Shown here: in pieces, positions 18,646 to 27,411 of the stretch
How positions within the stretch are numbered: the stretch's first letter is position 1
Layout: every line of letters begins with the position of its first letter
Assembly (NCBI GenBank): GCA_045106415.1
Contig: JBGCEP010000071.1
Span: 1 to 34,516, forward strand
DNA length: 34,516 nt
Source of the DNA: Oligoflexales bacterium
GTDB taxonomy: Bacteria; Bdellovibrionota_B; Oligoflexia; Oligoflexales; Bog-1112
Direction of reading: 5' to 3'
The notes under the pieces: generated by a model
Told to the model about the DNA's origin: nothing
Database searches by the model: none
Seen by the model: the letters and a program-made list of their open reading frames with translations, nothing else
Program-made: the position numbers and the translations under genes

Positions 18646-19662
18646 TTATGGTTTGTCATAACTTTCAACGATAAGGTCAAACTCCAAACCTGTGTGCTGA
18701 CAATCATAGGAATCATTATCGCCTGTTGTCATCATGCGGACGTCAAAAGATCCGCTACTCGCTAAAGATTCCGTAAGTTTTGAGTTTGCAAGTAAATTAC
18801 CAGCAAAGCTAAAAAGTCCCGTTTCTTCAGTTGAAGGAACTTCACAAGAGGTTCCTTCAATACACCACGGTTGAGATTGACTGAACCACGCCCCTGAAAG
18901 GTTCTGACTTTCGTCACGAAATCTTGAAAAATCCCATTTTAAAAGTCCATCTTGGCTTATAAACTTATCTTGAAAACGATTCTGACTCATTGTCAAGATA
19001 TTCTCATTCATCGTTAAAAACACAAAGTCATCGTGATAAAACTCATCACTTCGTGTGACATAGTCCATACGACAAACTTCCTGATCTGCTGGGAGATCTA
19101 TAGTAACTTTTTGTGATGCGTAAGCTCTAATCGACAAATCTTTTTTCGAAAGATTCTCACCCTCACCATAAGAACACCCTTTTCGTGCAGGGAATGCAAC
19201 ACGGTAAACTTTTTTCACAGTGTCTGTACGACCATCGCATGCGCTTGGGCTACTTGGATCATCAGTATCATCAATATCAACAATATCAACATTTCCTGGT
19301 TCGTCAATTCCTGGTGTTGTGGACTCAGAAAAATCATCATTTTCTTGTTCAGAATCAATACTTGGTGTTTGAAAAGAATTATCAAATCCACTTTCACCCG
19401 GAGTCCAAGCAGTCTTGTTTTCTAGGCTCCCCCCAGCACCGCTTGGGTCTAAAGGTTGTTCGATAACCACATCAGCATTTTCTACAACAACATCACTTTC
19501 TGTGGATGTCACATCTTCATTTCCCGCCTCAGGAGGGGTTGTTACAACATTATTTCTTCCTTGAAAACACTCAGCATCACAGTCAGAACAATTTGACAAA
19601 CTAAGGCTTATTCCTACAAGAGTTAATATTTTGAGAATATCCCACGCTTTTACCACAACCAT
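18646..19662 (-). CDS. Lipoprotein with an acidic disordered linker and a Cys-containing C-terminal beta domain
   Basis: Lipobox LSNC; ~105 aa D/E/T/P/S-rich linker; globular C-terminal half with several Cys; ggag RBS. Confidence 0.8.
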   Translation of the reverse strand: MVVVKAWDILKILTLVGISLSLSNCSDCDAECFQGRNNVVTTPPEAGNEDVTSTESDVVVENADVVIEQPLDPSGAGGSLENKTAWTPGESGFDNSFQTPSIDSEQENDDFSESTTPGIDEPGNVDIVDIDDTDDPSSPSACDGRTDTVKKVYRVAFPARKGCSYGEGENLSKKDLSIRAYASQKVTIDLPADQEVCRMDYVTRSDEFYHDDFVFLTMNENILTMSQNRFQDKFISQDGLLKWDFSRFRDESQNLSGAWFSQSQPWCIEGTSCEVPSTEETGLFSFAGNLLANSKLTESLASSGSFDVRMMTTGDNDSYDCQHTGLEFDLIVESYDKP

Positions 19663-19735
19663 TTTCGCTCCCAGAACAGCTAGGTCTTAGTTAAGACCCT
19701 TCAACAACAGTACAAATCACATTCGCTTAAGTATC

Positions 19736-19763
19736 TTATCGGATTTAGAGTCAGATTTCTTGA
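19736..19763 (-). promoter_or_regulatory. Sigma-28 (FliA)-type promoter
   Basis: Minus strand TCAAG-N16-CCGATAA, about 75 nt upstream of the 19662 start. Confidence 0.7.
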
Positions 19764-19794
19764 GTGAAAACGTCTAAATATATATAACACACTG

Positions 19795-19821
19795 AAAAAA
19801 GGAGGTTTTTAAACCTCCTTT
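19795..19821 (-). terminator. Intrinsic terminator after the kinase-like gene
   Basis: ggaggttt/aaacctcc hairpin followed by T6 on the minus strand. Confidence 0.75.
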
Positions 19822-19886
19822 GATAGGCATTATCAAAAAAACATCAGGAACTTAAAAAGAATACAATGACATCTTAGCAAGACAGC

Positions 19887-20846
19887 TTACGGTAAAGCTG
19901 CTGTCACAATTTTTACAATCTGATCACGTCGTGATGCCATTGTCTTACTAAAGTAGCACCATTGATTTCCATTATAATCATCCAAAATCTTATGGAATGT
20001 CTTCCTCGCACGAGCTTCATCTCGAGAAGCGACGGATAAAAAGATATTCTTCAAAGAGCTCAATCTCTTGGAAATTTCTGCACGAGATTCATCAAGACTC
20101 AGCGTAGAGAAAACAGGTTTTAAAATATCTTCACAAATGACATCATCAGTTAAAACAGTCTGAAACTCTTCCAGAGCTTTTCTCACTTCTTCAGGGTTTG
20201 AAAACTTCAACTCACCTTTTCTAAGTCTTTGCCAATCAACCCAACCTGCATAGCCTAAGTTTACTGGCCTTTTTTTATTCACCGCCAGCGTCATGACTTT
20301 TTTGACTTGATCAAAATCAACAATCTCAGAGTAATCAAGAGAGCCTCCTTGAGCTTTTGATGTAAGACCTGCTCCATGGTCAAAAAAAAGTAATTCTCCT
20401 GATTTTTGCACACGGATATTCAAACGATGTCGGTCGTAATTATAAAGTAAAAGATCTAGCAAAAAAGCTCTTAAAAGAACTTTATCATTTTTCTTATAGT
20501 CAAGACTCGAAGGTCTTTTTAATCCAGAATAAAATTCAATCATAAGTGATGGGTGGCGTGAATTTTCTAAATTTATATGAGTATTCGGAACAGGAATTTT
20601 CATTTTCGAAAAAAGATTTGCCCCTACAGCTTCAGCACGAATCGAGTAAGGTTTTGCATTCTTGTGCAGAAAAAAAACTCCGGTTTTCCGCTGTTTCCAC
20701 ATTTTTAAAATGTTTTTATGACCATGAAAACTTTGGTTTTGCTTCTTCCATAAAGCTCCATGCTCATCTACAGCAGATACAGACCAAATATGCTGAGACT
20801 GCAATGGAAGCGCTAACATGAGCACAAGCATGGATAAAAAATGCAT
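19887..20846 (-). CDS. Secreted PI3/PI4-kinase/HipA-superfamily kinase-like protein
   Basis: Signal peptide MHFLSMLVLMLALPLQS; AEAVGANLF..IPVP; catalytic loop LLDLLLYNYDRHRLNI and FFDHG. ATG 20846 after agga; the ORF extension to 21068 looks non-coding. Confidence 0.75.
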   Translation of the reverse strand: MHFLSMLVLMLALPLQSQHIWSVSAVDEHGALWKKQNQSFHGHKNILKMWKQRKTGVFFLHKNAKPYSIRAEAVGANLFSKMKIPVPNTHINLENSRHPSLMIEFYSGLKRPSSLDYKKNDKVLLRAFLLDLLLYNYDRHRLNIRVQKSGELLFFDHGAGLTSKAQGGSLDYSEIVDFDQVKKVMTLAVNKKRPVNLGYAGWVDWQRLRKGELKFSNPEEVRKALEEFQTVLTDDVICEDILKPVFSTLSLDESRAEISKRLSSLKNIFLSVASRDEARARKTFHKILDDYNGNQWCYFSKTMASRRDQIVKIVTAALP

Positions 20847-21077
20847 AAAAATCCTAACAAGCTGAATAGTAAGCACAAATATGTCAAAAATACAAAAAAA
20901 TGACAAGATATTTTTATCCGCGAGATTTTTTTTTGCTACAACAAACAATCTAACACAGTCCAAAAACCTATAAAATACGATGAAAAGGTTTTTTAAAGTC
21001 ACCTTCATCAACACTGCATAAGTCTTGCTGGGTAGAATCCAACAAAAAGGCTTAGACTTTTTATTCACATAGTTTTA

Positions 21078-22307
21078 CTAGAAGCGATAATATGCCGAAA
21101 GACTTAAGCTCTGATCAAGAAAGCTTAACTTCTGATTTTGAGCGTAAAGAGTGCGTGTCCCTTCCCATTCGAGGGCTAACGGGATTCCATAAGGAAGAGC
21201 GTCTGCTCGCACTGAAGTACTATGTGTATACCCTTGAGCTGCTGGTTTACGCGAAGTTTTTACACTTTGAGTCTCATGGGACACATGATGTTCAATATCT
21301 TGATACCCTCTGTACCACCCGAAGGATGTCCCAACAGCAAATGGTTTCAAATATGACGTCAAAGCTCCAAAGCCATACTTCAAACCAAGACTTGCGTCTT
21401 GTTTGATACCAAAACGTTCATAAAGCAAAGATTCATTACTCTTTGCAATCGTTTTCGTATTATCTAAAAGACTTGGGAACTCTTTATACTTTTGTCCCAT
21501 AGACTGACCAAATTGGTGTTGATAAGAAACCCACATCCCATTTATAGGACTAATGTCTAAGGATGACTTCAACCCTATACTCCACAAACCTGAGCCCAAT
21601 GCACGCTTTGAATCAGGAACATCCGAATCAGCAGTTGGAATCTCAGCTCCAAAACCAAATGACATGACTCTCCAAGAATCTTGATACATTTGATAAAGAG
21701 CCCCAAGACGAATATCCCCAAACCCTAAAGCTCCCTCTTGTGGAGCAGCTCCGTGAAGAATAAGGCTGTCTAAATAATTATGTATCGAAGCTTGATTGCC
21801 AACACGGATCTTTTCACCCGTTGAAAGTTCAAGCTCCATTGGAACCGGCAAATCTAAACCGTCATCCAAAGCTTTCTGAAAGCTCTCAATCGTTGGAAAA
21901 AGTTTTTGAACCTCTTGTCTTTGATAAATTTCGCTGACTTTTTGGCGATAAACATCTCGATAAACCTGCGAATCTCGAAACCTCCGAGTATGCAGCGAAG
22001 CTTCATTTTTAAAAACCCAAGGAACCATCATTTGAACTGTAAATCGTGGAGTAATGCCGTATTGAAAGACAGAGGCCTGTGTAAGAATTTGAACGTCAAC
22101 ACCCAAATCTCCAGCACTACCGTCGTGAGACCATGATTTTTCTGAGAGTTTTTGATTCAAAACTTCCCGAATTCCAAGAACCCCTTGAGGGAGGGTTTGA
22201 CCACTAGGGCGAGCCACATGGTTCATATCAGCCAATGAAAAAACACTGTAAAAACAAGCTAATGTAACAATACAAACACTATTATGCTTCTGGAAAAAAG
22301 ATTTCAT
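21078..22307 (-). CDS. Outer-membrane beta-barrel, COG4313/SphA-like transporter with a helical insertion
   Basis: Signal peptide; QYGITPRFTVQMMVPWV, GFGDIRLGALYQ, GAEIPT..LGSG; C-terminal YYRF. Confidence 0.65.
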   Translation of the reverse strand: MKSFFQKHNSVCIVTLACFYSVFSLADMNHVARPSGQTLPQGVLGIREVLNQKLSEKSWSHDGSAGDLGVDVQILTQASVFQYGITPRFTVQMMVPWVFKNEASLHTRRFRDSQVYRDVYRQKVSEIYQRQEVQKLFPTIESFQKALDDGLDLPVPMELELSTGEKIRVGNQASIHNYLDSLILHGAAPQEGALGFGDIRLGALYQMYQDSWRVMSFGFGAEIPTADSDVPDSKRALGSGLWSIGLKSSLDISPINGMWVSYQHQFGQSMGQKYKEFPSLLDNTKTIAKSNESLLYERFGIKQDASLGLKYGFGALTSYLKPFAVGTSFGWYRGYQDIEHHVSHETQSVKTSRKPAAQGYTHSTSVRADALPYGIPLALEWEGTRTLYAQNQKLSFLDQSLSLSAYYRF

Positions 22308-22410
22308 AATAGACCCACCTCAAAGAATCAAACCACGATTTTTCACGTAAAACAGCTCACAAAGACTGCAGTGCCGCAGGACTATATCATATTCTCTCCA
22401 TCGATAAATA

Positions 22411-22441
22411 CAAAAAAGGGTCTCACACCGTGAAACACCTT
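22411..22441 (-). terminator. Possible intrinsic terminator after the DUF4105 gene
   Basis: Imperfect stem aggtgtttcac/gtgagaccct followed by a T run on the minus strand. Confidence 0.4.
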
Positions 22442-22479
22442 ATAAAAAAGAGACTTATCGAAGCCATTATGGCCAAGAC

Positions 22480-24228
22480 TCACTTTATTTGTAGCGGTCT
22501 TTTCAGAAAAAAAGACAACTTTTCGACAAGGAAATTTTTATTCTTTTCTGCTCCTTCAAGTTCACGCACAATATTCGGGAAGTCTTTACGCACCTGGACT
22601 TCATATTCCGTTTTTTGTTTTTCAAGAACCTGGGCAAGATCTTCATATTTTTTTTCTGATAAAGAAAAGTCTTTAAACATCGGTATGCCATAACCAGATG
22701 ATCTTAAATGTTCAGAGCTTACACTTTCAACTGTTTTATAGATGTTTTTCAAAAACAACAGTGACGAGTTTTTTCTCAAAACTTGATCTTTCAACTTTTT
22801 ATGTTTTTGCTCTCCTACCCATTCTTCAAGCTTCATAAATCTTGTCACTTCTGCCCGATCTGTAAAAGTGTATTTTTCATAAAAATCCTTACGCTTTTGA
22901 AAAGAATAATTCTTTAAATATTTTTTTCTTTTCTTATGCGCTTGCGCATATGACATCGCATCCATAGCCCAATCAATATCAGGAGCAATAGATGGAAACA
23001 AATATGATTTTTGAATTGCTACAGTACGATCTTTGAATAAACCCTGTGACACTTTATTTTCTGATCTCAATGCCTTATAAAGGCCTTTTGGCGTCACAAT
23101 TCTCTTTTTATAAAAGCGATTATTCTGAAAGGTCATTTTTAAAAGCCTTAAAGTTTCTGTCGCACAGTTATTCGTCACAAACCAATATCGCCCACGATAA
23201 GACCAATATGTTTCTTGAACAGCAGTTAAAAATCGTTCTTTTTCTTCGTCATTAAAATGTAAAGGATAGCTTCTCAGCTCTCTTGCAGAGCCTCGTGTAT
23301 ATTCTTGAATAATTTGAGATAGGCTCATCATAAAAATTCTTGATGGGTAGCCTCCAAAAATTCCTAATAAAGGAGTGACTAATGAAAACCCTGGATCCGC
23401 CCTGAAGCTCACGACCAGGTGATGATTTAAGTCTTTCCGACACTGCTCAGAAGGTTCTCGCCCTGGTCGGCAAAAAATAAGCCTCAACATCGAATGACCC
23501 CACCTTGACGACTGGCTCGACCCTGGTGTCGCATATAAATAATCAGCACCATAAAAACGGCTCTTCTCAAGAATAAAAGGTTCAATTTGAGTGAGGCCTC
23601 GTCGTAAAGTCACGGTCGTCTCTGGAAAATAATTTCGATTTTTCGGAAAAGGTTCAATATCGAACTCTTTTCTAAAAAATTGGTACAAATTAGGACGTCT
23701 GATTACAAACTCAGAGTCTTCCATAAAAGCTTCAAAACCAACAGCAAAACCTTCCTCTGGACTTGAATTTTGGTAAGGATCAAAAGTATATTTCAACAAT
23801 TCATTACTCGCTTGAAAACCAAATAAACTTCGTCTCCAGTGAGAAAGATATAAAAAATCTAAATTTCGTGACGCTCTATGTTGATGATCATAAACATGTG
23901 CAAGCTCATGCCACAAAACTCGCATAAGACTGACACCATCGACATCACCAGTAAGAAGACTCTTACTCAAATAAATTTTATTTTTCTTTGGTTGGTAAGC
24001 ACCTAGTGTATGGGTGACTCGCTCTTTTTTATTAAATTTCTTAAAACACACTTTTAAGTTTTTAGGAAGAGATTGAACAAGAACGACTGGAGATCTTTGC
24101 TCAATCTCTCGGATTGAAAGCTGGACTTTTGGGTGATCTGTAAAATTACAAACCTCTAACAATTGAGCTTGGAGTGTCCCTGAAAACAAAAAAAAGAGTC
24201 CATAAAGCTTTATTATCATAGAAATCAT
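22480..24228 (-). CDS. Secreted DUF4105 (Lnb N-terminal, NlpC/P60-like) protein with an N-terminal HExxH zincin-like domain
   Basis: Signal peptide; WHELAHVYD..SPEEGFA; WGHSMLRL, RELRSYPL, YWFVTNNCATE. Confidence 0.85.
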   Translation of the reverse strand: MISMIIKLYGLFFLFSGTLQAQLLEVCNFTDHPKVQLSIREIEQRSPVVLVQSLPKNLKVCFKKFNKKERVTHTLGAYQPKKNKIYLSKSLLTGDVDGVSLMRVLWHELAHVYDHQHRASRNLDFLYLSHWRRSLFGFQASNELLKYTFDPYQNSSPEEGFAVGFEAFMEDSEFVIRRPNLYQFFRKEFDIEPFPKNRNYFPETTVTLRRGLTQIEPFILEKSRFYGADYLYATPGSSQSSRWGHSMLRLIFCRPGREPSEQCRKDLNHHLVVSFRADPGFSLVTPLLGIFGGYPSRIFMMSLSQIIQEYTRGSARELRSYPLHFNDEEKERFLTAVQETYWSYRGRYWFVTNNCATETLRLLKMTFQNNRFYKKRIVTPKGLYKALRSENKVSQGLFKDRTVAIQKSYLFPSIAPDIDWAMDAMSYAQAHKKRKKYLKNYSFQKRKDFYEKYTFTDRAEVTRFMKLEEWVGEQKHKKLKDQVLRKNSSLLFLKNIYKTVESVSSEHLRSSGYGIPMFKDFSLSEKKYEDLAQVLEKQKTEYEVQVRKDFPNIVRELEGAEKNKNFLVEKLSFFLKRPLQIK

Positions 24229-24250
24229 TACAAAATCACCCTTACTTCAT

Positions 24251-24589
24251 TCATGTGTTTTCAGTAAAAAGATCTGGATCTAATGCATAAATTTTCAACG
24301 CCACCTCATCATCAGAAAATTCTTCTTCTCCCAACCAAACACGGCATTCTTCCATGACTTCTTCAAGCGCATCACTCTTGATACCTTCATCTAAATAAGT
24401 CAAAGCAGAAGAACGTACAGCCTCAATTCTCTCACGGCGATAACCGTTTGATCGATTATCAGTGGAGTCTCGAGCGGAAAAACCAAGTGAAGAAAACGCT
24501 GCAGTCATACCAAGAAAAAAACTGTCTGTACCAGCATAAGAATTACTTGAAAAAATAAGTAACATAGCAATAACATTTTTATGCATCAT
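24251..24589 (-). CDS. Small secreted DUF2388-like protein
   Basis: Signal peptide ending SYA; AVRSSALTYL..G..SDALEE..SDDEVALKI resembles DUF2388; directly upstream of the DUF4105 gene, an arrangement known from Pseudomonas. Confidence 0.65.
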   Translation of the reverse strand: MMHKNVIAMLLIFSSNSYAGTDSFFLGMTAAFSSLGFSARDSTDNRSNGYRRERIEAVRSSALTYLDEGIKSDALEEVMEECRVWLGEEEFSDDEVALKIYALDPDLFTENT

Positions 24590-24803
24590 AATTTTGATCC
24601 TTTATTATAAATGGTTATATCATCCATAACAAGAAAAAACGATAACGTCAAAAACTCGGAGAAATCGACGACTCGCTATTTATATGCATTTATTTTTTCA
24701 AATCACTTAAAGGCTAAAAAACCACACCTATGAAACCATAGGAAAAATGCAAAGATCATAAAAACATTTTTATCGACCCTACATATTAAAGATATAGATT
24801 CAC

Positions 24804-24838
24804 AAAAAAGCCCCACAAAGTCTCTTTGTGGGGCTTTT
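24804..24838 (-). terminator. Strong intrinsic terminator (possibly bidirectional)
   Basis: aaaagccccacaaag-tct-ctttgtggggctttt, 20 nt after the 24859 stop. Confidence 0.88.
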
Positions 24839-24858
24839 ATAACATGATGCTTTAAAAC

Positions 24859-25812
24859 TTAGATGGCAACTGAAGTGGACACACCCAATACTTGCTTCAC
24901 TGTGCTTCTTCCACCACTTTTACTCTGAGTAGAGAGTTGAGCAAGAGCACCAACGCTCATGCTTCTTGTCGCTTGAAGCTTCATACCTAATGTAAAGCTA
25001 TAGCGCAGTGCATTAAGGCTATCAAAGCTTGCATTTTCAAGTGATAAGTGGGTCGTATCCACACCAAACTCACTACTAAGTCCCATACGCTCAGTTGCTC
25101 TTAACTCACCTGAAACTTTTGTAAGCCACGAATGATCTGATTCGCCCACAGCAACTTGTTTGCCATAGTTATATCCAAGCGCAAAACCTAGACCCATTCG
25201 ACCCGTGCGGTATTTCACATGGCTTTCCAGCTCATGATCATGATTTACTGATCGCCTTAGTTCGGACTGCCGCGCTCTATTCTCTCCCAAAATTTGGTCA
25301 GGATCATACACTTGAGCCGGGCTATATTTAAAACCGAATGCAAGAGCAGGCGTAACTGCATAATCAGTTGCAATAGATGGACGTAAATAATCTGTATAGA
25401 GCAGCTCCTGCTGCTCATTCTCATTCAACTTTGTTGAAATAAGACGGACAACGTTTGTACTCCCTTTTACAGTCACTTGGTTCAACTTCATTTCAAGCTC
25501 TGGGGTCACAGAAACCTTATGGCGTCCGTTTAATGAAATATCATCTTTAAGCTCTGATTCATCTTCAATTTTCACTGAAGCACTCAATCCTTTCACATTA
25601 CGAACAGGAGCTTTGATCTTGGCGTTAACTTTGACACCTCCACCTTGTGCGCTTAAACCTTCACCTAAACGGCTCACAATACGTACACCACCGACACTAA
25701 AGTCCGTTTGAATACCTAATTTTTCTTGTTGAGTTGCTTTCATTTCCACACCGAAGACTGGTGCAGACAAACCAAAAAGAACGAGAACCATCGAATTTAC
25801 TGTACTCTTCAC
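24859..25812 (-). CDS. Probable outer-membrane beta-barrel protein
   Basis: GTG start after ggagg; signal peptide; amphipathic beta-strand pattern throughout; no Cys. The terminal residue is Ile rather than Phe. Confidence 0.6.
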   Translation of the reverse strand: MKSTVNSMVLVLFGLSAPVFGVEMKATQQEKLGIQTDFSVGGVRIVSRLGEGLSAQGGGVKVNAKIKAPVRNVKGLSASVKIEDESELKDDISLNGRHKVSVTPELEMKLNQVTVKGSTNVVRLISTKLNENEQQELLYTDYLRPSIATDYAVTPALAFGFKYSPAQVYDPDQILGENRARQSELRRSVNHDHELESHVKYRTGRMGLGFALGYNYGKQVAVGESDHSWLTKVSGELRATERMGLSSEFGVDTTHLSLENASFDSLNALRYSFTLGMKLQATRSMSVGALAQLSTQSKSGGRSTVKQVLGVSTSVAI

Positions 25813-25855
25813 TGAAACCTCCTGAAGTCATATTCAGCTAAAAACTGACAGAAGA

Positions 25856-25884
25856 ATCCTAGAAGGGCAACAGATCGTTGTCAA
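25856..25884 (-). promoter_or_regulatory. Sigma-70-type promoter
   Basis: Minus strand TTGACA-N17-TAGGAT, about 45 nt upstream of GTG 25812. Confidence 0.65.
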
Positions 25885-25959
25885 ATAAGTTTTCACAAAC
25901 AAGAGTAACTCATTGTTTTTAAAGCGTTAATATCAATTTAAGTTTAAAAAAAATAACTA

Positions 25960-27186
25960 TCATACACTAATATGCTCCCTAACTTTCTCAAGCCGGTCAT
26001 CATAAGACATATTTCTTTCTGGAGTAATTCCTAAGAGAACTTCTATTTTACTCAAATAAAAGTTTGTGCTTCTTAGGTGTTTTTGCTTCATAGCTGGACC
26101 TCTTGTCCGACCTGCTTTCGCAAAGAAAAACTGTGCAATTTGTAAATAATTTTTGACCATTCTTTTATTACGACTTGATAAACCTTCAAAAGATTCACGA
26201 ATTTTATCATCTTCTTGTTCTTTATCAGCAATTTCTTGATTTGCATTTTTCGGCACATCAGCAACTGCCTCTGAAGGTTTTGGGACATCTTCAACTTGAA
26301 CAAGGTCTTCACTTCCACTATCAAGGTCAAACCCAGTATCCCCTGAAGCTCCCCCTCCATTTGAGACCACCGCAGTCCCTGGTGTAATATCCAAGGGAAG
26401 AGGTGACATGGCTGAACACACATCTGGAGAGCGAACATAAGCAGCATTTGTTGGTCGAGGAGGAAGAACGGTCCTAAACGATGTCCATTTCACGATTTCT
26501 TCTGTTGCGTTTTGCATGGCAGGATCTTTATGCCCAGCAAAGAGAACAACATTAATCGGCCCTCCCACCCCAGGCTCTTTAAAAGTACACGCAAACGAAG
26601 TCACAGTTCCATCAGACCGTCTGTTTCTTGAAGCTCGCGGGAAATACATTTGCTTTGGACTTCCATCTCTCCCGTAGTAAACAAGGCGGGTGACAGGCAT
26701 ATAGTTCTCAGGGCAAGACACTTGCATTTGACTTAAACACTGAGATTCACTGTAATTCATGCGGTTACTCATTCTTCGACGCGCGTCTTTACGAACAACA
26801 CTTTGAAGATATTGAGCATTCATGACTGGTGGTTTTCTCATCCCCACTGGTTTTTCAACACAAGAGTTCATCAATATAAATTCGGGATCAGCATCTCCAC
26901 CTAAATTAACAGACAAGTTCATTTGCGCTGCGCTATCATCCGGTTGTCCAACAACCCCACGTGCTGTCATATCATCAGCACAAGCATCAGGAAGGACTGT
27001 CATCGAAGCATGATGGACACGTTGAAAAAAGACCATAGCTTCATTGCGAGATTGGTTTAAAATTTCTTGTGAACTCACTCCTTTATTGATTCTTTCCAGA
27101 ATCTCTACGGTCATCACAGACACAGACCCCATAAGAGAGATGCCGACCATCATCTCAAAAAGAGAATATCCTGATGATGTTTTCAT
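25960..27186 (-). CDS. Type IV pilin/pseudopilin-like protein with a prepilin N-terminal cleavage/methylation motif
   Basis: MKTSSG|YSLFEMMVGISLMG (Gly-1, aromatic +1, Glu+5, hydrophobic helix); Cys-rich head, acidic linker, basic C-terminal helices. Confidence 0.85.
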   Translation of the reverse strand: MKTSSGYSLFEMMVGISLMGSVSVMTVEILERINKGVSSQEILNQSRNEAMVFFQRVHHASMTVLPDACADDMTARGVVGQPDDSAAQMNLSVNLGGDADPEFILMNSCVEKPVGMRKPPVMNAQYLQSVVRKDARRRMSNRMNYSESQCLSQMQVSCPENYMPVTRLVYYGRDGSPKQMYFPRASRNRRSDGTVTSFACTFKEPGVGGPINVVLFAGHKDPAMQNATEEIVKWTSFRTVLPPRPTNAAYVRSPDVCSAMSPLPLDITPGTAVVSNGGGASGDTGFDLDSGSEDLVQVEDVPKPSEAVADVPKNANQEIADKEQEDDKIRESFEGLSSRNKRMVKNYLQIAQFFFAKAGRTRGPAMKQKHLRSTNFYLSKIEVLLGITPERNMSYDDRLEKVREHISV

Positions 27187-27215
27187 GTTTCCCCCCTGCG
27201 CGGAATGCTCTTCCC

Positions 27216-27243
27216 TAATCGGAATAAGCTCTTTAAAACATGA
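27216..27243 (-). promoter_or_regulatory. Possible sigma-28-type promoter for the pilin-like gene
   Basis: Minus strand TCATG-N16-CCGATTA, about 30 nt upstream of ATG 27186. Confidence 0.45.
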
Positions 27244-27347
27244 GTTTTTTTCTATATAGATTCACGCCTATTAAACAAGATCACTCCTCTCAAAGACATC
27301 CTTACCTTTGACTAAACTTTTGTTTTTACATTTTTTTTTGAAAAATT

Positions 27348-27375
27348 TTAAGTTTTCTTCATATCCAACCGATAC
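27348..27375 (+). promoter_or_regulatory. Sigma-28-type promoter for the three-lipoprotein operon
   Basis: TTAAG-N16-CCGATAC, about 37 nt upstream of TTG 27412. Confidence 0.6.
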
Positions 27376-27411
27376 GCTTTTGCAGGGTTTTATTTTACAA
27401 AGGATCTGAAC

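Noticed and set aside
19683..19698. Small hairpin ggtctta-gt-taagacc in the 5' UTR of the 19662 lipoprotein gene
   Set aside because: A 7-bp stem with a 2-nt loop is too weak to assign a function.
19887..21068. HipBA toxin-antitoxin module, and the longer 393 aa ORF
   Set aside because: No HTH antitoxin is adjacent, the protein has a signal peptide from ATG 20846, and the upstream extension reads like AT-rich intergenic DNA.
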